From Alkalispirochaeta sp. (GTDB taxonomy: Bacteria > Spirochaetota > Spirochaetia > DSM-27196 > Alkalispirochaetaceae): a DNA stretch of 64,000 bases. Both the position numbers and the translations under genes were made by a program. The notes beneath the pieces were generated by a model, which saw only the letters and a list, made by a program, of their open reading frames with translations, was not told where the DNA came from and ran no database searches. The stretch spans positions 1,120,001 through 1,184,000 of the forward strand of contig OZ271854.1 in the NCBI GenBank assembly GCA_965601925.1, written 5' to 3'. This document shows positions 10,330 through 19,877 of the stretch, one piece after another (the stretch's first letter is position 1; each line of letters opens with the position of its first letter).

Positions 10330-12237
10330 GTGAAACGAATCTATACGAAGACACTGTTGCTACTCGCTCTAGGAGGCTCGCTCTTCGGTGCGCCGCGAGA
10401 GATAGATGAAATCCTAAGGCCCCTTCGCCGGCGATATGACATGCCCGGTGTCGCGGCCGCCGTCGTGGTCGGCGACCGGATTGTCGCGTCGGGGGCCGTG
10501 GGAGTTCGAAAAGAGGGCAGCGGAGTTTCGGTCACCGTCGACGACGCGTGGCAAATAGGCTCCTGCGTCAAGTCGATGACCGCCACGGTCGCCGGGCGCC
10601 TTGTCGAACGGGGCGTCATTCGGTGGGAGACGACGCTTTTTGAGAGCTTCGGGCACCTCGTCGACCTCCATCCGGACTACGTCGACGTCACCCTGGATCA
10701 GCTTCTCTCCCATTCCGCCGGCGTGCCCGACGACCCGACCCTGGAGCAGGACCAGGAGGGTGACCCCTACGACGAGTTGGTCCTTTCCGGAATCCCGCTG
10801 ACCGAGCAGCGATTCCTCTTTGCCCGGAATGTGTTGTCCCGGCCCCCTCAGGCGACACCCGGTACCAAGATGATCTACTCGAATGCGGGCTATATCATCG
10901 CCGGCGCCATGCTGGAAGGGGCTACCGGCAAGAGTTGGGAGGCGCTGATGGAGGAGGAGCTCTTCGAACCCCTCGGCATGCACTCCGCCGGATTCGGCGC
11001 ACCGGCGACTCCGGGGCGCGTCGACGGACCGTGGGCACACGGACCGTGGAACGGGCCGATCGACCCGAGGGAGAACCTTTTCGATCAGGCGCTCATCATC
11101 GGCCCCGCAGGCCACGTCCACTGCTCCATCGAGGACTTCGCGCGCTACGCCACGGTACACCTGCACGGCGAACCTCGAGCGACCAACGGCGGAGAGTACC
11201 TTACGCCGGAGACCTTCCGAAAGCTTCACGCCGCCATGATAGAGGTCTCGAGACTCACCGGAACCGACTACGCTCTCGGGTGGGGCAACGGGGAGCACCG
11301 GGAGCTGGGGCCCTATTTGATACACACCGGAAGTAACGGCGTCTTCTACGCCGCTATGGTGCTTCTACCGGAGCGCAACGGTGCGATCGTCGCCGCAACG
11401 AACAGCCTGCGCGAAGAGGGAGTTCACCGCGCCATATTTGAGCTGGGTCGTGAGTACCTGGAGGAGCCTGTCGACATTCTTCCGGTCCAACCGACTTGGT
11501 CGTTGACCGTCGGCGCCGGCGGCGGCCTCGGTCCGACCTATGCCGGCGCCGGTGAGACGGGTGTAGACTTCCTCCCGCTCCTGGATCTGGAGTACCGTCG
11601 CCACCGTTTCGGCGCCTTCGTCGGTTTGACACACGGGCTCGGTGTCACCTTCAGAGAGGAGCGGCTTGCCGGACTCGAGATCGCCGTCGGTGTCGATCTT
11701 GTCGAGGGACGCGACCCCAACGAGGCCCCCACAAAGGAGCTCTTGGAGGGTACCCCGACCCTCGAAAGCAACGGTGAGCTCTTCGCCTCGGTGGGATTTA
11801 CCTTCGAGCTCTTTGCACTCTCTTCGACCGTTAGCCTCGCAACAATCGACGCCGACTACGACGAAGCGGATCGCCGGGACGCGCGATACGACAGCGTCTG
11901 CGTCGATTTCGATGTGACGACCGCTCTTCCCTTTACCGAGAGCCTCTTTTTGACTGCGGCTCTCGGCACGACCTGGATGAACGGCGACCATGCAGAGGCG
12001 TTGTACGGGGTGCTCTACACCACCGATAGGCTTGACCTCTTCGACGCCGACGGGGGATTTGAGACGATCCACGGCAGCTTGGGACTCGTCTCTCTCTTTA
12101 CTCCACGCCTCGGTTTGGTCGTGGAGGCGGAGTTTACGTACCCCCTCGACAGCGCAGCCGACAGCCCGATCACGGAGCGGCCGTTCTACCCCGGGATCGG
12201 CGCCACCCTCTTCTACCAATGGAGGTCCCGTGGATAG
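10330..12237 (+). CDS. Secreted beta-lactamase-fold serine hydrolase fused to a C-terminal MipA/OmpV-like outer-membrane barrel
   Basis: Signal peptide; SxxK (GSCVKS), LLSHSAG, YSN and HTG motifs; from about WSLTVGAGGGLGPTYAGA onward, alternating beta-strands typical of MipA/OmpV. Confidence 0.82.
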   Translation: MKRIYTKTLLLLALGGSLFGAPREIDEILRPLRRRYDMPGVAAAVVVGDRIVASGAVGVRKEGSGVSVTVDDAWQIGSCVKSMTATVAGRLVERGVIRWETTLFESFGHLVDLHPDYVDVTLDQLLSHSAGVPDDPTLEQDQEGDPYDELVLSGIPLTEQRFLFARNVLSRPPQATPGTKMIYSNAGYIIAGAMLEGATGKSWEALMEEELFEPLGMHSAGFGAPATPGRVDGPWAHGPWNGPIDPRENLFDQALIIGPAGHVHCSIEDFARYATVHLHGEPRATNGGEYLTPETFRKLHAAMIEVSRLTGTDYALGWGNGEHRELGPYLIHTGSNGVFYAAMVLLPERNGAIVAATNSLREEGVHRAIFELGREYLEEPVDILPVQPTWSLTVGAGGGLGPTYAGAGETGVDFLPLLDLEYRRHRFGAFVGLTHGLGVTFREERLAGLEIAVGVDLVEGRDPNEAPTKELLEGTPTLESNGELFASVGFTFELFALSSTVSLATIDADYDEADRRDARYDSVCVDFDVTTALPFTESLFLTAALGTTWMNGDHAEALYGVLYTTDRLDLFDADGGFETIHGSLGLVSLFTPRLGLVVEAEFTYPLDSAADSPITERPFYPGIGATLFYQWRSRG

Positions 12238-13207
12238 GAGAGTGCGAGGGGACGTCCTGGAAACGATCCTGAAGCTGCTTGTCCTAACGGCTTTGCTTGT
12301 CGCTCCGCCGCTACTCCTAACCGCCGAAGCGGAACCGGAGGGAGCGCATAGCTGGTCGTTAAGCGCACGGCGCGGTGTCACTCTTGTCGCCGCCGCGGCG
12401 TGGGCGCTGGTCGTGAGACGCCGATCGGTCCGTCGTGCCACATATCTCGCGGTCATGGGCGGGGCGGCCCTCGTATTTCTTACGACGAGTGAGGAGCTCT
12501 TCGGCCGGAGACTCTTTGCCGTGCCGGCCGCACGTTCCATCGACCACCTGCTCATTGGCGGCGGGTTGTTGACCGCTACGATCGGACTACTGCTCGCCCT
12601 TCGGGAGCTACGCGGCGCCGTCGAGGGACTCACCGAACGCGCGGACGAGTATCGCAGGCAGAGTATCACCGACAACTTGACCGGCCTCTACAACGGCCGC
12701 TACCTCTTTCAAATAATCAACGGCGAGGTACGGCGCGCCGAGCGATATCGCAGGGCGCTCTCGCTCCTTCTCGTAGACATCGACGATTTCAAATCGTTCA
12801 ACGACACCTACGGCCACCTCGCGGGGGATCGATTATTGGAGGCCGCCGGCGCGGTACTCCAAGGCGCGTGCCGAGCAAACGATATGGCCTTTCGGCTGGG
12901 CGGCGAAGAGTTCATCATTCTGCTGCCGGAAACCACGCTCCGCGAGGCTTCGGTGATCGCCGACCGTGTGCGAAAGGTGATGGAAGGGGTATCGCTCACT
13001 CTCCCGAGCGGCGAGGTCGTCGGGCGGACGGCAAGCGTCGGGGCCTCCACCCTGGGAGAGGCGATACGATCGGCCGACGACCTCATTGCCCAGGCGGACT
13101 CGGCGATGTATCGGGCAAAGGCCATGGGTAAGAATCGCGTCTCCACGGCCGGGTCTATCAATATACGAAACGACGGAAAATACTGTTTATCATTAATTAA
13201 TGATTGA
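12230..13207 (+). CDS. Membrane-anchored diguanylate cyclase (GGDEF)
   Basis: About 4 TM; TDNLTGLYN, DIDDFKSFNDTYGHLAGD, RxxD I-site (RAND), GGEEF; GTG after GGAGG overlapping upstream stop. Confidence 0.92.
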   Translation: MDRRVRGDVLETILKLLVLTALLVAPPLLLTAEAEPEGAHSWSLSARRGVTLVAAAAWALVVRRRSVRRATYLAVMGGAALVFLTTSEELFGRRLFAVPAARSIDHLLIGGGLLTATIGLLLALRELRGAVEGLTERADEYRRQSITDNLTGLYNGRYLFQIINGEVRRAERYRRALSLLLVDIDDFKSFNDTYGHLAGDRLLEAAGAVLQGACRANDMAFRLGGEEFIILLPETTLREASVIADRVRKVMEGVSLTLPSGEVVGRTASVGASTLGEAIRSADDLIAQADSAMYRAKAMGKNRVSTAGSINIRNDGKYCLSLIND

Positions 13208-13232
13208 TAAACAACAACATACATGCTATGGT
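13184..13232 (+). promoter_or_regulatory. Palindromic operator plus sigma70 promoter of the DUF2975-HTH operon
   Basis: TGTTTATCA-N12-TGATAAACA inverted repeat overlapping the perfect palindrome ATCATTAATTAATGAT; TTGATA(13204-09)-17bp-TATGGT(13227-32) with TGn extension. Confidence 0.8.
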
Positions 13233-13262
13233 GAGCGTAGTTACTCGCCGGAGGAGTTTGTC

Positions 13263-13796
13263 ATGAGCAACATTGAAAGAATTCAAAAAATGAGTCGCGT
13301 ATTTAAGTACTTCTTCCTCGCCCTCTTTGGTCTGTTGCCGCTTTTGGCCCTCGCGTTCTGGCTCTTTTATAACGCGTTGCCCGGACCGCTGAAGGGCGCC
13401 GGCGCCCTTGAGGTCGCGGACCACCTTTCATTCAGGCTGCGCGCCCTGGGATTCGTCGCCACCTCCCTCGATATGGGCATCGGCATGGCGACACTCTGGA
13501 CCCTCATGCGCCTCTTCGCCCTCTATGAGGAGGGTCGAATCTTTACCTCGTCGAACGTCACGCTCTATCGTAGGCTCGGCTGGCTCCTCATACTCGGTGT
13601 CGGCAGCAACGTTCTCACCATCGCTCTCTACACACTTATCGTAACGACGCCCGATCCCCAGGGCCTGAGCGCGATCGAGGCGGCCTTCGGCTCCATCGAC
13701 GTCGCGGCCCTCGTTATCGGATTGATCGTTCTGCTGATCTCGGCGGTGATGAAGGTGGGCGCCGAGCTCCAAGAGGACCGGGACCTCACGGTCTAA
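13263..13796 (+). CDS. DUF2975 (YoaS-like) membrane protein
   Basis: 4 TM; LF--YEEG-IFT--NV and C-terminal G-ELQED-DLTV; GGAGGAG RBS. Confidence 0.9.
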   Translation: MSNIERIQKMSRVFKYFFLALFGLLPLLALAFWLFYNALPGPLKGAGALEVADHLSFRLRALGFVATSLDMGIGMATLWTLMRLFALYEEGRIFTSSNVTLYRRLGWLLILGVGSNVLTIALYTLIVTTPDPQGLSAIEAAFGSIDVAALVIGLIVLLISAVMKVGAELQEDRDLTV

Positions 13797-13806
13797 CGGG
13801 GTTGTC

Positions 13807-14046
13807 ATGGCAATAGTAGTCAATTTGGACGTGATGTTGGCCAAGCGAAAGATGAAGTCCAACCGGCTTGCCGAGTTGGTCGGCATCACCGAACAGAACC
13901 TCTCCATCCTCAAGACGGGAAAGGCTCGGGCGATTCGTTTCTCCACCCTGGAGGCGATATGCCGCCACCTGGAGTGCCAGCCCGGGGACATCCTGGAGTA
14001 CCGGCGGGAGAGCGACGAATCGGCGGACGATACAGGAGCACCGTAA
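13807..14046 (+). CDS. XRE/Cro-CI HTH regulator, YozG family
   Basis: MAIVVNLDVMLAKRKM...NLSILKTGKARAIRFSTLEAIC--L-CQPGDILEY. Confidence 0.95.
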   Translation: MAIVVNLDVMLAKRKMKSNRLAELVGITEQNLSILKTGKARAIRFSTLEAICRHLECQPGDILEYRRESDESADDTGAP

Positions 14047-14047
14047 C

Positions 14048-14737
14048 ATGGCTGTTATCGAGTTGAATGGAGTAACCAAGGACTACCCTCTTGGCGACAC
14101 CACCGTCCACGCCCTGAAGGGTGTAGATCTCTCCATTGAGGCGGGGGAGTTTCTCTCCGTCGTCGGACCCTCGGGCAGCGGGAAGACGACGCTGCTTAAT
14201 ATCATCGGGTGCATCGACCGTGCGACCTCCGGTAACGTCGCTATTCACGGGACCGATGTCACTACGATGAGCGACCGGGACCTCACCGACCTCAGGCTTC
14301 GCCGCATCGGCTTCATCTTCCAGACCTTCAATCTCATCCCGGTGCTCTCCCTCGTGGAGAACGTCGAGTTTCCCCTCCTTCTCATGAAGGGGGAGCGTTT
14401 ATCAAAGCGGGAGATCAGGCGGCGGGCCGAGGAGCTGATCGAGGAGGTCGGCCTGGCGGAGCAGCAAAAGCAGCGTCCGCACGAGCTCTCAGGCGGTCAG
14501 CGCCAGAGGGTCGCCATCGCCCGAGCGCTCGTTACCAAGCCGGACATCGTTCTTGCCGACGAGCCGACGGCAAACCTCGACTCCGCCACCGGGGAGCGCA
14601 TCCTCAAGCTCATGAAGCGTCTCAACGAGCGGGAGCGGACCACCTTTCTCTTCTCCACACACGACCCTGAGGTACTGCGGTACGCCGGTCACGTACTCGG
14701 GGTGCGGGACGGTCTCTTAACGCAAGGGGCCGCGTGA
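14048..14737 (+). CDS. ABC ATP-binding protein (LolD/MacB-like)
   Basis: GPSGSGKTT, IGFIFQTFNL, LSGGQRQRVAIARAL, ADEPTANLDS. Confidence 0.94.
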   Translation: MAVIELNGVTKDYPLGDTTVHALKGVDLSIEAGEFLSVVGPSGSGKTTLLNIIGCIDRATSGNVAIHGTDVTTMSDRDLTDLRLRRIGFIFQTFNLIPVLSLVENVEFPLLLMKGERLSKREIRRRAEELIEEVGLAEQQKQRPHELSGGQRQRVAIARALVTKPDIVLADEPTANLDSATGERILKLMKRLNERERTTFLFSTHDPEVLRYAGHVLGVRDGLLTQGAA

Positions 14738-16311
14738 TGTTGACGCTCAAGCTGGCTACCCGGAACCTCCTGCGCCATCGGGGACGGAGCCTCGTGATCG
14801 GATCCATCCTCTTCTTGGGCGCTCTCCTCATGATCGTTGGGAGCAGCGTTGTGGCCGGCGCTCGGGTCGGGCTGGAAGAGAACGTGGTGGAGCGCTTCAC
14901 CGGCCACCTCGTACTGGTATCGCCGCATCAGCGAGAGAGGAGCGTCTTCTTCTCCGAACGGACCCTCCGGATGATTCCCGACTATCCCGCAGTCGCACAG
15001 GTGCTCGGCGGCCTCGACTTCTTGGAGGGCTATCTGCCGATGATGCGGGGAACGGCCCTCGTCTTAAGCGAAAACAGCCCCACCGAACCGATACTCGCCT
15101 TCGGTGTCAACTTCCAGGACTACCAAGAACGCTTCGGTCACAACGTCGTCGCCATAGAGGGTCGGCTTCTGGAAAACGGTGAACGGGGCTTCCTCCTCTC
15201 CGAGGCGACGCGGCAAAGAATTCTCGAGAACCACAACGTCTGGATGGCGCCCGAGGGGGCGACTTCGGTGGTGCACGGCAGCGACGATGCTTCAGTACCG
15301 ACGGCGACGACACTCGGGGAGCGTGCCGGGACAGACCGCATTCCCCGCGGCCCGTCGGCGCCGGGCGGTGCAATCCCGGTTGTCAACGAGCTGGTGCTGA
15401 TGGGGCTCTCCAGCGACTCCCTGGAATCGGATATCCGGCTAACGGTTACCGGCATCGTGCGTTTCGAACGAATGGACACCCTCTGGGAAGGGGTCAGCTT
15501 CATGGATATCGAGTCCTACCGCGAGTGCTTCGGCCACGTGACCGCCGCCGCCCGGTCGATGGAGCTTACCGATACTCAGACGACGCTTCTCGGGGCCGCC
15601 GCGCCGGAGGATCTCTTCGGCGGAAGTCTCATTATGGAGAGTCCGGCCACGGCGGAGGAGTACAGGGAGGGCGCATTGCGCGCTCAGACGGAGCGCAGCG
15701 ACCGGCCTCTCGATCTGGACGACGGCGCCTGGGGGCTGATATCGGTACGCCTCCGAGAGGGACTCTCTGTGGAGGAGGGGCGGGCGCTCCTCAGGGAACG
15801 GCTTAATCGAGCAGGTATCGATCTCCAGGTGCTGCCATGGAGCGACGCGGCCGAAGAGGTAGCGCGTTTCGCCCTCATCACCCAGAACGCTCTTTCGGCC
15901 TTCATCTTCTGCCTCTTCCTCGTGGCGGCAATCGTTATCATGAACACCCTCTCCATGGCTGCTGCGGAGCGTACGACCGAGATCGGTACCATCCGGGCGA
16001 TCGGTGGAAGAAGGGGGTTTGTCGGCCGACTCTTCCTCGCCGAGACCTCCCTGCTCGCCGCGCTCTTCGGTGGCGGCGGCATGGTCGTCGGTTCGGTCCT
16101 CATGCTGATCCTCGCCCGTCTCGGCATCGACACCACCACGACGCCGATGACGACCCTCCTCTTCGGCGGCGACACCTTTCGACCCGTCGTGGGCGGCGAT
16201 CAGTTGGCCGCGGGAGCGCTCAGGCTGGCATTGGTCACGATCGTCGCCATGATCTATCCGGTCGTGCTGGCCCGGCGCGTCACGCCTTTGGACGCCGTTG
16301 CACGAGATTAG
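14734..16311 (+). CDS. FtsX/LolE-type ABC permease
   Basis: LATRNLLRH--RS, large periplasmic domain, ERTTEIGTIRAIG, 4-TM topology. Confidence 0.9.
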   Translation: MMLTLKLATRNLLRHRGRSLVIGSILFLGALLMIVGSSVVAGARVGLEENVVERFTGHLVLVSPHQRERSVFFSERTLRMIPDYPAVAQVLGGLDFLEGYLPMMRGTALVLSENSPTEPILAFGVNFQDYQERFGHNVVAIEGRLLENGERGFLLSEATRQRILENHNVWMAPEGATSVVHGSDDASVPTATTLGERAGTDRIPRGPSAPGGAIPVVNELVLMGLSSDSLESDIRLTVTGIVRFERMDTLWEGVSFMDIESYRECFGHVTAAARSMELTDTQTTLLGAAAPEDLFGGSLIMESPATAEEYREGALRAQTERSDRPLDLDDGAWGLISVRLREGLSVEEGRALLRERLNRAGIDLQVLPWSDAAEEVARFALITQNALSAFIFCLFLVAAIVIMNTLSMAAAERTTEIGTIRAIGGRRGFVGRLFLAETSLLAALFGGGGMVVGSVLMLILARLGIDTTTTPMTTLLFGGDTFRPVVGGDQLAAGALRLALVTIVAMIYPVVLARRVTPLDAVARD

Positions 16312-16320
16312 GAGCGAGCT

Positions 16321-17655
16321 ATGAATCCGGTATCGACCATTGGGCTACGAAATCTGACACGACAGAAACGACGCAACCTCTTTCTCGGCGCCGGCATCGC
16401 CATCGGGATGGCACTGCTCGTCCTCTCCGGAGCCTTTACCCGCGGTATCTCGGACATCCTCCTCAACCGTATCGTGGTCAAGATCGCCGGCCATCTGGTG
16501 ATCTCATCCGTCGAACGGTCCGAGGGGAGAGAGGATCTCGCCATCCTGCGGAATAGAACCGAGATCGAACGGATCGCGCGCTTCTCCCTATACAATGTGC
16601 GGGAGGTTCGGGAACAAATCCTCCTCTCCGGCCGTGCCTTGGGCAACGGCCGCGCCGAGTCGGTGGCAATCGTCGGTACGGACCCCTTCGGCAGCCTCAT
16701 CCGGGAGGCGGAGGTGGTGGAGGGAAGCGTCGATCAGATGGCGAGTGCTACCTGGGAGAACCCGGTTGTGCTCTACGAAGAGATGGCCGAGGATCTGGCG
16801 GTCGGCCTCTTGGACGTGATCCGCGTACGCTTCTCCACAGTCTACGGCCAGGCCCAGACCGCACGGTTCACCGTCGTTGCCGTTATCGAATCGACCAACC
16901 CTTTCTTGGACCTGGCGATCTACGCGCCCATAGACGTTCTGCGCCCCTTGGCGGGCTTCGAGGCCGACGAGACCCAGGCGCTGAGCGTCGTCCTGGATCG
17001 CGTCCGCCATCCGCGGGAGGTCTCGGCCGCGGCCGATCGTATCCACTCCGCTCTGAGCCGCCACCCGGAGGAGTCCGTCGGTCGGCTTCTCGAGCGTACC
17101 GCCACACCGGAGGAGTTAGCGCAGAAACATCGCAGTCTCGACGGTTCCGCGTGGCGGGGCAGAGTGACCGACGTCAACTCCATTTACGAGATCGCCGGGG
17201 AGCTGCTCCAGATCGAACGAGTCTTGGACAGAGTCTCCTTGGTCGCGGTCGGCCTGCTCCTCGTCATCGTGCTTATCGGCGTGGTGAACACCCTACGTAT
17301 GACCATCCGTGAACGGACCCGGGAGATCGGCACACTGCGGGCGATCGGGATGCAGCGGGCCGACCTGCTGCGGAGCTTTGTTGTCGAGATCCTGGCCCTC
17401 ACGCTTGTTGCGGGAGTCGCCGGAGCGATAGCCGCCCATCTCGCTATGGCCCTCCTCGGGCGTATCGCGGTGGCTGCAGCCGAAAGCACCTTATCGGTCT
17501 TTCTGGTTGACGACCGTCTTCACTTCGTGCCGACGGCCTCGGACATCGTAAAGAACCTCGCGATCGTTGTAGTCGCCTGCTTTCCCGCGGCCTATTTCCC
17601 GGCCCGGCGCGCCGCGCGACTCTCGGTGACCGCAGCCTTGGGCCACCACGAATAA
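16321..17655 (+). CDS. FtsX/LolC-E-type ABC permease
   Basis: RNLTRQKRR, ERTREIGTLRAIGM, PARRAARL motifs. Confidence 0.9.
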   Translation: MNPVSTIGLRNLTRQKRRNLFLGAGIAIGMALLVLSGAFTRGISDILLNRIVVKIAGHLVISSVERSEGREDLAILRNRTEIERIARFSLYNVREVREQILLSGRALGNGRAESVAIVGTDPFGSLIREAEVVEGSVDQMASATWENPVVLYEEMAEDLAVGLLDVIRVRFSTVYGQAQTARFTVVAVIESTNPFLDLAIYAPIDVLRPLAGFEADETQALSVVLDRVRHPREVSAAADRIHSALSRHPEESVGRLLERTATPEELAQKHRSLDGSAWRGRVTDVNSIYEIAGELLQIERVLDRVSLVAVGLLLVIVLIGVVNTLRMTIRERTREIGTLRAIGMQRADLLRSFVVEILALTLVAGVAGAIAAHLAMALLGRIAVAAAESTLSVFLVDDRLHFVPTASDIVKNLAIVVVACFPAAYFPARRAARLSVTAALGHHE

Positions 17656-17665
17656 GGAGATATCA

Positions 17666-18463
17666 ATGAAGAAAACACCTTTGAACGCACTCATTCGAGT
17701 ACTGTCGCTTCTCGCCGCCCTCGGCGGCGTCGCGGTGAACCGCGTCGACGCCGATCCGTCCGTCAACGACATCTTGAGTCGCATGGACCGGCAGTACGAC
17801 ATCCGAAGCGACCTGACGGTTCGGATGAGCCTCACCGAACAGAGGCCCGAGGAGGGTGTCCGGCTCTTCGAGGGCATCTACTACCGCCGAGACAGCGACG
17901 ACGCCTTTCTGCTGGTGATGGTTGAACCCGAGGCGGAGCGGGGCAACGGCTACCTCAGGGTCGGCGAGAATATGTGGCTCTACCGGCGAAACACCCGCAC
18001 CTTTCAGATCATGCACCGCGATCAGGCGATCGGCGGCACCGGCGCCAACGCCGAGGATTTCGAGAAGCGCAAGATGACCGAGCTCTACGAGCCGATTCTC
18101 GACGACTCGGGAGGGGAGCTTATCCGAGAGGAGACCCTCGGCCGGGCGCAGATTCCCGTCTACCGCCTCGAGATCCGGGCGTCGGTACGCGACGTCGAGT
18201 ACCCGCGACTCGTTCTCTGGGTACGAAGAGACAACTTCCTTCTCCTCAAGGAGGAGGCCTACTCCCTCTCGGGCACCCTCATGGAGACGAGTTATTACCC
18301 GCGCTACACCGAAGTGGAGGGGAGTTATATCCCCCTTCAGATGGTCTTCGTCGACGAGTTCGACGTGGGTGAACGGACCGTCGTAGAGCTCTCCGGAGTC
18401 TCTCTCGAAGCGATTGACGACGCGGTCTTTACCACCGCCTACCTCGAGAGCCTGAGCAAGTAG
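17666..18463 (+). CDS. Outer-membrane lipoprotein-sorting protein (LolA-like)
   Basis: Signal peptide; P--ERG-GYL---NMWLY, G-GANAEDF, YP---LWV----F-----EAY--SG. Confidence 0.85.
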   Translation: MKKTPLNALIRVLSLLAALGGVAVNRVDADPSVNDILSRMDRQYDIRSDLTVRMSLTEQRPEEGVRLFEGIYYRRDSDDAFLLVMVEPEAERGNGYLRVGENMWLYRRNTRTFQIMHRDQAIGGTGANAEDFEKRKMTELYEPILDDSGGELIREETLGRAQIPVYRLEIRASVRDVEYPRLVLWVRRDNFLLLKEEAYSLSGTLMETSYYPRYTEVEGSYIPLQMVFVDEFDVGERTVVELSGVSLEAIDDAVFTTAYLESLSK

Positions 18464-19858
18464 GTGAGAGGGATGGAGAGAGCGCAAAGGGTCGCACCGG
18501 TATGGGCTTTGTGGATCCTCTGGACCCCCATCATCATCTCGGCCCAGGAGATCTCCTTCGATGAGGATGAGCTCTTCTCCGAGCCTGGGAGCACCGTAGA
18601 GCTGGAAGAACAACCGGTACGGGAGATCACCGAAGCGTTGCGGGAGGAGTCGATCTCCTTCTCCGGTGGGATCTCCGCGGCGACCGGGATGGATCTTACC
18701 CGAAAAGCGGTCGACGGCTCCGAGAACCTCGCCCAAAGCCCCTACTCGGCGACGGTGGAGTGGGACCTCCTTTTGGATATTCGTACCGGCGGCGACACAA
18801 AGGCGTTTGCCGACCTGCTGGTCCTCTCGACGCCGATACGTGACGGCGCTGCAGGGTCCGACGGCACGGGAGACGGCTCAGACGCCGATGCGCCGTCCGT
18901 CGTGAGTACCTCGGCCGAAAGCTTCGAGTTGGACCTGCGGGAGGCCTTCGTCGACCTAAACATCGCTCGCCGAGTCTTTTTCAAGTTCGGCAAGCAGACC
19001 CTGAAATGGGGACCGGCCTACTTCTGGAACCCGACCGACCTTGTCAGCGAAGATCGCCGAGAGCTTACCGACTTGGACGGGCGGCGGGAGGGAACATTCG
19101 GACTCAAGGCGCACATACCCTTCGGTACACGGTTTAACCTCTTTGGATTTATCAATGCCGACGGCGCCGAGGAAGTCGGTGAGATCGCCTTGGCAGGTAG
19201 AGCCCAGCTCCTCATTGCCCAACGGGTGGAAGCGGGTCTCTCGGGCTGGTACCGGGAACGTTCACTGCCGGTCTACGGCCTCGATCTTCGTACTCGCCTG
19301 CGGGAGATCGATCTCTGGGGGGAGATGAGCCTCTCCTATGGGGACAACCGCCCGCGTCTCGAGGTCGGCGAGGAGGATGTTATGGGGACACCGACTCCCA
19401 TCTTCGATGAGCGACGGGTGCGAGAAGAGTGGGTCTCCCGGGCGAGTGTCGGTATCGGTCGCAGCTTCGATATCGGTGATGTCAACGACCGCCTCCGCCT
19501 TATCGGGGAGTTCTTCTACAACGGAGGGGGATACACCGAGGATCTCTTCGAAGATGAAGCGACCCGCCTGGCGTTCCTTGGCGGCGACTTCTACGAGCCC
19601 GGATTCTACGGCCGGTACTACGTAGGGCTCTTCTCCGGCTATCGTAGGTTTTTCCACCCCGATATGACGCTCGTCTTCAACGGGGTCGGTAACCTTACCG
19701 ACCGCTCCTTCGCCCTCTCGGCCGGCATCGACTACGAGATCGTCGCAAACGCCTCGGTAGGCCTGCGCGTCGACGGCTATTTGGGAGAGGAGAACCGGGA
19801 GTATACGGCGGCAGGGAGCGTGGCGAGGGTTACCGCCACGGTCAATCTCTCGTACTAA
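18464..19858 (+). CDS. Putative outer-membrane beta-barrel protein
   Basis: Signal-like N-terminus; LREAFVD---GKQ---WG-AYFWNPTD motif; amphipathic C-terminal strand RVTATVNLSY. Start may be ATG 18473. Confidence 0.72.
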   Translation: MRGMERAQRVAPVWALWILWTPIIISAQEISFDEDELFSEPGSTVELEEQPVREITEALREESISFSGGISAATGMDLTRKAVDGSENLAQSPYSATVEWDLLLDIRTGGDTKAFADLLVLSTPIRDGAAGSDGTGDGSDADAPSVVSTSAESFELDLREAFVDLNIARRVFFKFGKQTLKWGPAYFWNPTDLVSEDRRELTDLDGRREGTFGLKAHIPFGTRFNLFGFINADGAEEVGEIALAGRAQLLIAQRVEAGLSGWYRERSLPVYGLDLRTRLREIDLWGEMSLSYGDNRPRLEVGEEDVMGTPTPIFDERRVREEWVSRASVGIGRSFDIGDVNDRLRLIGEFFYNGGGYTEDLFEDEATRLAFLGGDFYEPGFYGRYYVGLFSGYRRFFHPDMTLVFNGVGNLTDRSFALSAGIDYEIVANASVGLRVDGYLGEENREYTAAGSVARVTATVNLSY

Positions 19859-19877
19859 GGATAAAGGAGACCGGAAC

